Origin: Diploschistes diacapsis
Lineage: Eukaryota
Assembly (NCBI GenBank): GCA_023645945.1
Contig: JALAIB010000060.1
Location: forward strand, 1 to 37,653
DNA length: 37,653 nt
Direction: 5' to 3'
Shown: positions 10,300 through 21,899 of the stretch, in pieces
Layout: each line of letters opens with the position of its first letter
Numbering within the stretch: the stretch's first letter is position 1
Notes under the pieces: generated by a model
The model's input: the letters and a program-made list of their open reading frames with translations, nothing else
Told to the model about the DNA's origin: nothing
Databases searched by the model: none
Position numbers and translations under genes: made by a program

Positions 10300-11820
10300 C
10301 GGTTCAGAGCTATGGAAAGACTGATGCCCAGGGTTTGATAAAGTGCCTAGGAGCTCTTCAAAGCACTTGATAATTTGTCTTATTTGGCGATAAGCTTTCC
10401 AAGAGATCTAACAAAACCCTTATAAGCTTATATATCAGGTTGCTATTTTGTTTTGAACGTCTGCTGCTGTTGTAAGGCCGTGGTTTATTCTTGATCTGAA
10501 TGATAAGAACATTATCTGGAATAATGTTTTCCAATGCCTGCAATTCTTGCGACAAGTACGTTATTCTGATCAATCATGTTAATACTCGGTCGCCATCGTC
10601 TGGTTTTACATCTGTATTGTTAATTATATAACTCGATATTTACTTGACTTGGTTCAGATTTCTTTCAAACAAATCCATTGACGCTTTTGATTGTCTCGGA
10701 TCATTTCTCTTTTTCTCTGGCTTCCGTTCTCTCCTGTAATCCTTAGAAGGGCTATATGTTATGTATAGAAAAAGTATGATTCTCATGGTTGAGAGCCTTG
10801 AAAGAATTAGCAGTAAAGAGTTTCTTTAGGGTGCGATGATCACCATAGCTCTGTCCATGACCTCTTTAAAGACCTCAAGGAGGAATTGGATAGAGTCTCT
10901 ATCCTGTGCTTTCTCCTGATTCTATTTTGCGGTCGTTGAGAGCCAGAGGACAAGTCTTCAATATCTGTCTTGGGAAAGCCTCTTTTATCCCGGAATTGGT
11001 AAATTTCAGGTACAGCTGATCTAAAGGTCCCAAATGCGTAGGAGCCAGAGACTAGATTAGCTAGTGTAATATAGTTACTATCTTGGCCAAAAGCTAACTG
11101 TTGGCGAGGAGCTCGTTGGGTTGAGATTCCTGCTACGGTTCAGACTGGTTGATATTCTGTAAATCCTTCCAGTATCTCGTGATCCTAGCTTGAATTTCTT
11201 CACCTGGAGAAGCCATCCTAGGCTTGAAGTAAGTGGTCGTTTAAAAGAAACGAGTTCCATTCATCGTTACGCTTTCGTCGTTCGTGCTGGCTGTGCTAAT
11301 CTCACGCCAGCCCCTTTGAGAATTTGTGCGCCTTACTTGTAAGATTCCTGATATATATAGGATCCATCCAAGCTTAAATCCTTAATAAATCGATGAACGG
11401 CCCTTGAGGTGTGTTTATACCCTATTCGCCAAAGGTATCCATTCTTCTGCGCCTTACATGCGCCCTAAATATAGGAACTGCTTCAGGTTAATCACTGTTT
11501 TCTGCCCCAGCGCCTGCCCATATATAACCACAGGCTGCTAGATCTACCTCTTCGCGTTTTATCTGCACGTTCGTTTTTGTCTTTAGTTCTTGATTCGTCT
11601 GCGATCTCTATGCTCTTTGTGACTCTTTCCGAGATCCTTGAAGAACCTGGTGCTTATATATTCAGTTTGGTCTCTCTTGTGTTTTTTAAATGCCATGAAA
11701 TGTATGGCCTCAAGAATTTTTGAGGCTGCCTGCATTACATATCCCGGTATCTGAACGCTGTTGTCTAGGGGTTCTTTGACTCACAAAGCATATAAGCAGG
11801 TCGAGAAGCACGATATAAAG
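10300..11820 (-). pseudogene. Very degraded coding relic, weakly DUF3505 / TE-associated RecQ-helicase N-terminus-like
   Basis: Scattered minus-strand fragments in a plausible order: LYIVLLDLLICF, ISWHLKN, RYW, IQFLLEVFKEVMDRAM, *PF*GLQE. Many stops. Confidence 0.2.
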
Positions 11821-11949
11821 AAGCTAGATCCTTTTACGTTGCTTTCATTTGGTTCTCTTTCCTTCTCGGGGAAGTCTTCTCGAGATCGTTTCTCACAGAC
11901 TCAATATTTCTAGTAATATGCTTCCACTTTGAATTCCTTTGTCTTTCCA

Positions 11950-13700
11950 TTTCGCTTGAAAGAGGAGATGGAGGATGGTTTGTCTTTTCAGCCATTGTCC
12001 CCTATATATGTCCGCTGGTCTTCATCCGAGGGCAAGACGCGGAGAGTTGCAGCGCATACCCACAACATTCCACCAACATTCTGATGCTACTGGTCCACCT
12101 GATGTTTGTTTTCAATTTCTCACTTTTCTGATTCCTGTATCTTTTCCCCTTCTCATCTTCTCTAAGCTTTTTGTTGCATTCTCTCCCATAGTTTGTAATT
12201 CATACTTCAAGTTCAGCCCCGCCTCGCTTTGTATGCCTCTAATATGAGCGAATATGAAATGGTAAAGGGAAGATCTGGAGTTGTTTTGTGTTGCCCTTTC
12301 TGTTGATCCTCGTTGGGCTCCTGTGATTAGCTATTACCGCTTTCATGCTCAAGGTGCTCGATGTGCTCCTGCTTTTTTGCTTCTTTAGATACTCCATTCT
12401 CCTCACCCCCTTCCTGATCCTCGTATTTTTTCGTATCACCAGTAGTCACTATATTCTGCGTCTCGTTTTTTGCTTACTCCGTTTTAGATGCTCACCGAAG
12501 TATTGATACTGCTACATCCTCATTTTTCTTCCATGCCACCTCCAGTCTGTACTACAGTTTTTCATTCTCCTCAATGGCCCTCATAGAACAGGTAACTGAT
12601 TTCATACCTTCATATCTTCTGCGCCTGTGTCATTTCTAACCGAGCATATGATCGCAATTTTCTGGCGGCCGGTCTTTGCCCCTACGGCTATATCCTTATA
12701 CCCTTTCGTGCCGTGCTGCCTTTCCCTCATCTTCTACATTCAAATCTTTTCGGCTTTATACCCTTTGTCATGCCCTGTAGTTCCTTAAGATGTTTGTTGA
12801 CGCGCGGACTACAATCCTACCGCCTTGTCGTGGCGCACATTTGCTCTGTTGACTTTCATAAGGTGGTTCATCGGCTACTAAACATTGGTCATCTGCTCGT
12901 GTTCTGTCGCCTCGTTTCCGACATTTTGTTGACGACGGTCCGCCATCCTGAGGAATAACCAAGTTGTTACAGACTCTCGGTAGATTCTGTACGCAAGATG
13001 ACCAACCGATGATGGAACAGCTTTAGGCAGTAACTTCTGAGCTAAGGCGAAGAGTAAAGGAACATAACGCTGGTAAGCAGCTTGCATATCAACAGTGCTG
13101 GACTCAATCACTCCTTTGATTCGAGGTTGTATATCTCGAATATCTTTCCCGAGAGTTGGCTGAAGAAATAGCCCTGAGCTCCACCTGTTGAAGAAGCTCT
13201 GATATAACCTCCATTCAGTACCTTGGGTATATTTTGTATATACTATTACTCCCGATTGCCTTGCTTAGGTTTAGATTTTCCCTTTCCACTTCGTAACGGA
13301 TGAGGGAAGTATGTTCGGGCCCCTATGCACTCCTCATGCTTTTGTTCTCCATACTCCTCGTTTCCTTCCCTGTTCACATGTGTTTTACTGCTTTCGTATT
13401 TCTTATGTTTGTTGGACTTCTCAACCGACGATTGCTATCTTGAATCCTCGAACTTTCCCTGCTGGCTGTAGCCCCCGTTCTTCACAATCTTTATACTCTC
13501 CATGCTCCTTGTCTCCTCATTCAATGTGCACTCGTTTCTTCTCGTCACCGTCTGCACAGCTCGTCGTGTAGTCTGCGCCATTCCCGTACTTCTTTTAGTG
13601 CTCGTGGTCTTTCCAATTCTTCTCGCTCCTCGTGCTTCTTTTTCCTTGATACTGACAATATTCTTCCTCAACTCTGCACGCCTAATATTTTTCGCCCCTG
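11950..13700 (-). pseudogene. Decayed gene with E/K/H-rich low-complexity repeats flanking a globular segment
   Basis: Strong pyrimidine skew on +. The minus strand reads KHEE/EHGE/EYGE/EHLEHE-type units at 12050-12600 and 13300-13680. An open protein-like stretch runs from about 12880 to 13220 (EWRLYQSFFNRWSSG...AYQRYVPLLFALAQKLL). Confidence 0.4.
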
Positions 13701-13757
13701 TGATAGGGACTGGCTGGATGTATGATTGGATGATGAAGGATGAGCCCTTCCAAGATA

Positions 13758-14111
13758 CTATGGCTTACTGTCTTTTCTAAACAGCTGGTAGGTTCTGCTG
13801 CCAGTCTTTAATTCCCCTATTCTTGACTCGTCTTTACAGACCCAGTGCAACCTCGTCATCAGAGTGGCCCTGTCTCCTTGTCGGTTCTTGAGTCCCATAG
13901 CACCACATACAGCCCTCAGATGAGAAAAACAAAGAGAGCGCTCGCGGCCCCTAGAGATGAAGCCCTGGTACCACTGCAGGACTTCCTTTTGGGCAAGGTT
14001 CTTCTTGTTCAGGATGCTATGCAATTTCCCTTCCATCTTGCAGCCACAGCTATGTACCCCTGCAGCGAGGGCCATGCGCCTGGCCTTCATGACTATTGGC
14101 TGTATCGGCAT
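13758..14111 (-). pseudogene. Truncated fragment (copy B) of the same family as 9440-10025; carries the upstream CGC motif
   Basis: SCGCKMEGKLHSILNKKNLAQKEVLQWYQGFISRGRERSLCFSHLRAVCGAMGLKNRQGDRATL...RTYQLFRKDSKP*. About 81% nt identity to copy A outside the 67-bp identical tract (manual count: about 31 differences in about 166 nt). Confidence 0.65.
13951..14017. repeat. 67-bp perfect direct repeat, copy 2
   Basis: Identical to 9956-10022. Confidence 0.95.
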
Positions 14112-15949
14112 GGTAGGTGGTGGAGAAGGATTGCCAAAAATGACCGTACCCGGACTGCTCCGATCGCGGGCCCCCAGGGTTCCCTGCTCAGGCTCAATTT
14201 CCTCAGGGCCAAAAAGTCCAGTGCAAAATAGGCGTAGGCAGCGCCAAGCCCATCTAGCTTATGACTGCCCCTTTTGACTCTTTTGGTTCCCTCTCCACTA
14301 GATTATTACAGCTTCCTAGAAAAAGTAGCTTTGTAGTAATTGATACACCACTGCAACATATTCTTTAAATCCATCCTACATAGACAGCAACATAGACAGC
14401 AAGCCAAATCATCCATCGAGTTTTCAACGTGTTTTCCTGTGATTGGTCTTTTTATGCTTCTCCATCTTTGTCCTACGCTTTGCTGGTGGTGTGCGGACTA
14501 CTTATCTTATGGCGCGTGATCTTCCTAGAGGCCAGAAAACACGACCGATTAAGGATCTTGAGGATGATATATCAGGGTAAAGATAGACCTCAGTTTTTAG
14601 TATTGGGTTAAGGGTTGCGAGGTGGCTGGCTCGCCATGTTGCTTATTCTCCGGCTGATAACTGTGCTCTCTCGCCCCTTCTATCCGAGGTTTTGCTCGTC
14701 AGTTAGAACTGTATCTCCCTATAAAGCCTTGGCCTCTGAATAATTCAGAAAAAACGTCCCCTGCTATATAGTGTTGGCTCCTAACTCGGTGTAGACGCGG
14801 CTTGCAGATTTGCGCGCTTATATCTAGGAAAACAGCTACCTATTAGGTTAGAAAGCTTCATAAGACCTGGATGAGGATAATGGAAGGACTTGACATAATC
14901 CGAGCGACTTAGCGCTCGTTGATAGGGGTCAAGTCTTCGAGGCAGACAACTGGGTATCCGAATCTTCCTGCGGTAATCCGCAGAGGGTGTTTTACTTTGA
15001 AAATCAGAGTAGAGAGAGATCTCCAATTGGCTGCCTTGGCTTAAAACGACAACTGAAGGAGTCCCACAGGTGACGTAGGGGCATCCTAGGTGGAAGTATA
15101 TATACTTCAGGGACTGTGTCTTTTGGAACGAGCAATTACCTAGGAAAAGGGTGGATAGATAGAATAAGGTAGCATGACAGTCGGGGCTTCTGGTGAAGGT
15201 TTGAGTTGACTAGGTTCCCAATCCTCTTATGTGTTTTCTTTCTGGGAAAGAAGTTCGTGGTGGACGCTGGGCCATGGAAAGCCGAGCGTAAGCTTCCTCC
15301 TGCATGTTATCTAGGATGGCGTTATGATGAGCTGAGATATAAAGTAGCATTTTCGACGACCGAGCAAGATATGAATATAAGCCCAATGGTTACCTTAAAG
15401 AAAACAACCTGAATTATTGACTCTGGTTCGAGAACCGGATCCTCTTGCGTTTCTGGATTGTCTGAGCTACATGCTAAGGCTGAAGGTTTTGAGAAGCATA
15501 GAGAGTATGAGAAAGTTGCGAAGGCATCTGAAGCCGGTAGCTTGGAGTGTGCTCTACACATAAGAGGTCCACTGCTGCGGAAATGCGGCATGATATTCAC
15601 GAAGATCTGCGACTTTCCTGACTGATAAAATACCCAATCTGGAGCTGTAATTCTCTTTAGCTTGAGTCGAAAATCTATGACGCCAGGAAATTGAGTCGGT
15701 AACGGTCACTTGTCACTCGGTGATTCAAGACTTATGTATGCCACTGGCTGGTTCTCTTAGACACAGAGAGGTTGAGAACTAGTGCGGTTGCTCAATACAA
15801 CACGCCTGTAGTGTTTCATTGACATGGGATATGCCTCTAAAAGTACTGGGAGAAGGTGCGAAGATGCGATCCTGGACGTCTGCCACAATTCGTGAGATAA
15901 CCTGCGGCTTCCTATTCTTCCTCTTTCCGTCGCTCGTTAACGCTCACTT

Positions 15950-18900
15950 TTTCGTTTATTTCCTCTTATCATTTCAACAACCCAATCCCATCATGGATCT
16001 TTGATGTAGCAATCTGTACCTTACTGAAGGTTTGCAGAAGACCAGAGCGAGATTTACCACGATTGAACTAACCTAGCTGTTGTTGCAAGTCGAATGGTCT
16101 GAGCCTTGGTTTCTAGCGTTTAATCTCTACTGTCCTCAGTTCTGCTTCCGTGGTATCTCACTGCGGGAAGGACCGTTTCTTCCCATCAATCTCTCATTGC
16201 TGTGAAGTATTAAACGTTATCCTCATCGCTGTAACATTTTTGGCAAACACAAGTAAAGTCGAAGTCCTAAGGTATACCGACGCCTTGTAGAAGACTTAGT
16301 GGGTGGTAGAGCCGCTGGTGGCGTGCATTGTAGACCGCTTTTCTCTTCATAATATCGCATCATTATCTATCACCAGTGATCGAAAACTTGGGAGATCTGT
16401 TCTTCCTCTCTCTGGGGTTCAACACATGGTGGTTCGGTTGCGAGCTTCTTTCTTGACAGCTACTTAGAGGTTGCCAGGATATGTGCGCGCGCTTATGGCA
16501 CTTAATTGTAAAGCAACAAAAACCCTTGAGTCCGACGCGGTGTTGTATGGCAACCGACCATTGGGTAGAGGAATCCTAGTGGCGTGCCACAAACTCATTA
16601 TGTGGTATATTTTGCATTTATACCGTCCCTTTCTAGCATCTAATTGGGAGGGCTGCCCAGGGACAGGAACTTCGCCAGCGGCAACTCGCCCTCGGATTGC
16701 TGAAACAAATTCCGGCGACGCTGTCGTAGGCTCGCTTGTAACAATGGGTCGCAGACCAGCGCGAGTACCTGTAATGACCTGTAATGACCTGCCGCAGATT
16801 TGGTGGGCAGTTTAGCTCTGCAGCTCTGTGGTCTGTATATTTACTGTCGTCATAGATATTGTAGTATTTTTTACTTAAGAGAGCCGCACAATCGATACTC
16901 TACCTGTCCCTTTTTGACAGGCTAGAACCCAGGGTTCGATGATGATGTTTGGTTTTCAGAAGCTGTAGTGACCCTGGCGGCCCATAACGTGCTCGCTCAT
17001 GGTGAAAGATTACGGACCACAACCAAATCCTAGCGAGAGGTTGGTAGGTATACCAGAGACCCATCAGCGTCCGTTGTATACACTAGTCTGCACATCTGTT
17101 GTATGTATTGACTCTCTTTAAAAGGGGTTTCCTTTTTTGAGTTCTTCATCTAGAGCGTCAACAAAGTTTCGCCAATCATTCGCATCCATTAAAGCTCGAA
17201 TATTTTTTTACACTACCCTCGGAAAGCCTTTGCAGTGTTGGAACCTTTCTAGCTGCGTCGAAACTGGGCAAGGCAATCCTGAGCTCTTCCAGGAAGAATC
17301 ACACTGCCACGACAAAGTCCTCGTGACTATAGAAGTTGAAGCAGGAGATATGTAGGGGTGTTCCTAACAAGACAGTTACCTGCCTGTCTGCTCTTGTGCC
17401 TCCGATTCTCGTTACCTCGGTTCTGTTCCTATTTAAATTGTCTTCAGCCATAGGCGCGAGAGCCTCCCAAAGGTGTGTTGCCCTTCTAGCTGCAGTGAAG
17501 TCCGGATAGGTTAACCTAGATCGCTTTTGGTACCGAATTGCCGTTGCAGCAAGATCCTGGGAAGAGGTGAAGGCGTAGCAGAAGACCTGCATGGATTGAA
17601 ATCAGCGATAATTCTGCGCACCCGTCCATTACGGACGACGGGCATTGTTCAATATCCACACTCTTCCTAATTATGCCCAAATCCAGACCTGAAAGGGTTT
17701 GGAATGATCTTCATTCCCCATATACAGTGTTCAACCTAGAAAAGTCATCCTGAATTCTTTCAACTTTGGAGTTGTAGCCGCCGTTAGATCCTGGTTCCAT
17801 GTAATTTAACTGGTAGGCACATAACAACCCTGTAGGTACTGGAATTACGGATTATTGTTGACACACCTGGGCCTCTTCGATATACTTTGGAGCCCTGAAA
17901 CAGTCCTTGCTTTGAAGTGATTTTTTTCAGTCGTGTAGAGTCCAACTTTAGTCTCATGGATTTTCCCATTTCTTGTTATGTCTGAGGGCTAAGTGGAGAG
18001 CTTTGTACTTACAATTACAGATTTTCTTCAAAAGCCGAAGCTGTTTCCTAGCCATGGCTGGTTTTACGACTACCGATTCATCCTCGGATGAAGTGGAAGC
18101 AGCCCAACGGCGTTTTTACTCGATGTGCTTTTAGCTTTCAACCTTGCTGGCCCTGACATGGTTTGTGTTAAGACGGTAAAGTGATTGCCTACAAAAGTCG
18201 GGTGCTTTGAGCGGACCTGATTATCAAATAAAGCGACTGGATTGATGCGTCTAGTATAGCAAATTATGATGATCATCTTTTTTCAGGCATTACCTGCTTG
18301 GACATTCGCTTTGCAGAACGTATAGCAATACGGGTCGCCCTGAAACCTGTTAATGAACTTTAAATCTTGTCTGTATGCTCAAGGATTAGAGGCTCTTCTG
18401 TGGGCCTGCTCCGTCTCGAAGTGGATATTTGGAGCCCATCTCATCACAGTGCAAAGCCTGTTGTTATTGTTTTGCGTCCATTAGCCCTGCACAATGATAT
18501 TCCGACTTGGTATGGTTAGATATAGTTGCTGTGCCTTTCAACAGGATCATCCTGAATCGTGGTGTACCACTAATGACACCAATCCTTCCAGATATTATAT
18601 GCAATCATATCCTATATACTTTCACATTTTGCGGTTCCTCCTGATTCTACCACATTGGAAAGCGTGTCAGTTAGATTTACCCACTCGAAGGCATTGCCCT
18701 GAAGCGAAGCTCCCCATTGGTGAAAGCAGTGCTCCTAATCCGATTCTGTTCTCGCTTCTTGTGCAATTTGCTTTTTGTTCTTCAGCGATGATACTGAGAA
18801 GGCAATTGTGCTTGAAATCCTGGAAGAGTGACGGAGAAGAGATTGGGACTCATTAAGACCTTTCATCCGCAGTCAGTCGTCCATCCCTGGAACAGCCATG

Positions 18901-21050
18901 GCCACTCCGAAGCTGACGGAAGGAAAAGCCTAGGATAGTCAAGGAAGAGAAGTGGAGTAGCACCGAGAAGGCGACGTAAGGGACAAAGTGAAGATAGAGC
19001 CCTTCAATAGCTTGTTGGCACCTACGCTGTTTTTGCCGCTATATGTCACCCAAGACTTGAAATCCTGCCTGACAAAGTCCTACGTCCATGTCGAGAAGAC
19101 GCTACAAATAGCTTGTAAAACTTCGAAATTTGTTCTCCTGCTCTTCCCTTCAGTTTTGTAACAATTGGATCTCGCTTTCTCAGCCTTTTATTCGTCTTGT
19201 GGCCAGGGAGTATGTCCATTTATGATGATTAGTATTGAGCATCACATCCAGACGAAATGCTCTTGGATATGGTGGATGGTCGCTACTTCCTTCATAGCTC
19301 GGTTGTGTCAAGTTACTGTCCTATAAGGATTGGCGACGCCTTAACAGGCATTATAAAGTATGGGATTATCAACAGTAGGAGAGGAAATTCAGCCTGTGTC
19401 TTGTTGCTGTCCCATACTGCTCTAATGATCTATGTCGTTATAAAAGATCTGTAGGTTGGTGACGCGTAGCTCGACGCGGCTTTCAATAGTGCCACTAGGA
19501 ATCGTCCCTGCCGTTAATCTGTGAATGGAACTTGACACCTCCATACGAGTGTGCTTGCGATCATGACGCTCAAAGAATCTCCTTATCTATAATTCAGATT
19601 CAGGTTTCCCCAAGGTCCGGCAGGTTAGTTACACACCGGTGAACAGAAGAGGTGGCCTGGGAGTATATACCATGCTTGTCAAACCTGATGCGGTTCTACA
19701 TGTAAAAAGCTTGTCCCTGCTTTATTAAAGACCCATGCTTAGTTATAAAGCTTCATGACTGGCACATCTCCTGGATTCCGCCTCAGGATGCTTTCAACCT
19801 AATTTGCCCTTCACTCGCTTCGATCAGAGGTGCCACCTGGCCAACATGCTGGCATAAGCTGCATTCTGACAGGCTGCTTATCCTTTGACGTGGAATAGTC
19901 TTTGTTCTCCTCGTCGTGATACTTGAGGAGGAGGCAACTCAGGACTCTCAGGACGAGGCTTGGAAGAGTGGAAGAAGTGATCTCATAATACTGCTTGGAA
20001 GGGCGATCAGCAGGGCGATCAGAAGCGCTAGCCGGGGCAGGAATAGCGAGTTCGTCAATGCGCCCACGCCTACTGCGAGTGACGGGCTTGTTGAGAGGGG
20101 GATAAGGCAGTTGCTCTAGGCGCTGAAGGGTACGTTTGTTGATGTTATCGAAGTTGTACAAGCAGCAGGAAATAGACAACGACGAAAGCGAGATAAAAAG
20201 CTTTGCAGAAAGCAGAGTTGTTATGATCTGAAGATAGCAGAAAAACGAAATGTAGAAGTATTGAGCGTTGGGGATTAATCAACATCCGTGGTTGCTTTAT
20301 ATAATAAACAACAAACTTTCTGAACGTGTATAGAAGGGCTAGCACGCAGTTTCGCATCGAAGTCTCATCATCATTAGAACCGTTTCCTGAGTTATACTGA
20401 TTATATTGGGTGGTGATGACGCAATCAGATGTGCTAGGCTGTTCCCATACACATCGAAGTAACGAATAGCCATTTGGTCCTCTCATCTTGGAGGGCATTT
20501 GAACGAAATTTTGATTGGTTCTCTCTTCTCTGGTTTTTGCTTGTAAGGAATCAATCGGCCGACATACTAGAAAGAGTCCGTCGGAAATGCTTGATATCCG
20601 TTAACAGCCTATAGGTCTCTTAAACACTGCCTGGGATTGGTTACTACTAAATCTGGGAACCCTGATCTTTACCAGGTTTCATGATAGCGAAAGCGCAAGA
20701 AGCTCCAGTCAGATTTAGACATTTCTTCGAAGAATCTCCTCAATCTCATGTGCACTCTCGCCATGGCCTTTCTTGTTCCAGACTGTTTCAGGCAGGTCTT
20801 CCGATTAACTTGTTGAAAGCTTCGCGTCTCCCTTGGCAGGGACGTCCAGTTTAGAATCTCAGGCCGTTCCAGATGACTCTCCTTTCGTACTTCGGTTCGC
20901 TATTTCTCAATGTCTTGCTATGTTCTGAGAGCCGATAAGCAGTCTCGCTCTGTTACGAGTCTTATATGAAGGATGGCTAAAAGCGATTCTTTCACCTTTT
21001 GGCCGATCTCTCTTTTCAAATGTTTGAAGTCTTGTATATATTTCTAAAGC
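15950..21050 (-). pseudogene. Decayed NLR-like gene: NACHT C-terminal part, helical/winged-helix domain and long ankyrin array
   Basis: Frame-hopping translation gives HEIEEILRR..LELLA and SDGLFLVCRPIDSLQAK...MPSKM...WEQP (about 20430-20585, matching ADGMFL..L.IDSL...LP..L...Y...RI..Q). Ankyrin remnants follow: NKAGTSFLH (about 19700-19728), DKHG-YTP, INGRDD, HIAAK, GATPLL (about 18950), NAVGLLPLH, KALHLALRHN (17975-18004), GNTPL, GTPLHISC, IRALMDA, LACQKG..SIVRL. Confidence 0.65.
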
Positions 21051-21099
21051 ATACAGAAGAAGTCCAGAAGACCTCAGTCCAGGAAAGATATAGTGATGG

Positions 21100-21890
21100 T
21101 GCCTGCTTGTCTGGTGTGATAGATGTATGGCCCTTTGATGTGCCAGCCGAGGCGGATGCTTCGGGGAAGCGCACCCTGCGGTCGATGATCCAGGCTCTTA
21201 AGAATATTATCAGCGCCTGCGTTCTTGGTGCACAAGACTTCCAGGGCTATCAAATTTTTAAGCCTAGGGCCGTTGTTCGCGGGTGCGGTTTATCTCGGCA
21301 GTCTCCGCATCAAACTCTCGGCTTCTGCGGTAAAAATTGATGTCTTCTCCAGCTGCTGGTGTAAGGTCTTGTAGTCTTGTGCAAGAGGTATGACCGCTCG
21401 AGCCCGTTCCAGCTCCTCTGCCAGCCCCCCTACCTCCTCCTCTGCCCGCTCCTCGCCCGGCACCAGACCCCCGAGTCCGCCGCATTAAACAATTCGGATC
21501 TCATAAACTCCGCTTGCTGCTCTTCTCGGAGTTGCCCTGCCGCCGAGGCCCGTGCCGAGCCAGGTCTATCTGCTCCAAATATTGTGCTAAATGTCAGCTA
21601 GAGGGATTCCCTTAGCAAAACAGTCCTATTTGGGCTCTGAATAGGACCAGACGAGCGCAGGAGGCGGCTAGAAGACGGGGCAGAACCGGCCAAGGAAGGC
21701 GGGATGCCACTGATGTGAGTTTCAGACGTCTCGCCAGAGCTAGTAGAGAGGGTGTGGTAAACAGGCAGCGGGAATGTCAAGGGGTCCATGCGGGGCGCAG
21801 GCGGAGAGCGAACGGAAGCAGAAGGCGAGATCGGGCCAGCGTAAGGCAGCTCTGTGGCAGAATCAGGCTGGGGAGGAGCATTTGAACCGA
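21100..21890 (-). other. GC-rich coding-like insert of unknown origin with 12-bp repeats encoding (RGAG/RGGG)n
   Basis: Abrupt GC rise relative to both flanks. P/S-rich frame, then QLREEQQAE, then RGSGAGRGAGRGGGRGAGRGAG (about 21405-21470). Separates two NACHT relics. Confidence 0.45.
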
Positions 21891-21899
21891 GAGTGAGTC

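Noticed and set aside
15720..15900. Possible ZZ-type zinc finger ending the ankyrin relic
   Set aside because: Cysteine spacing could not be recovered convincingly.
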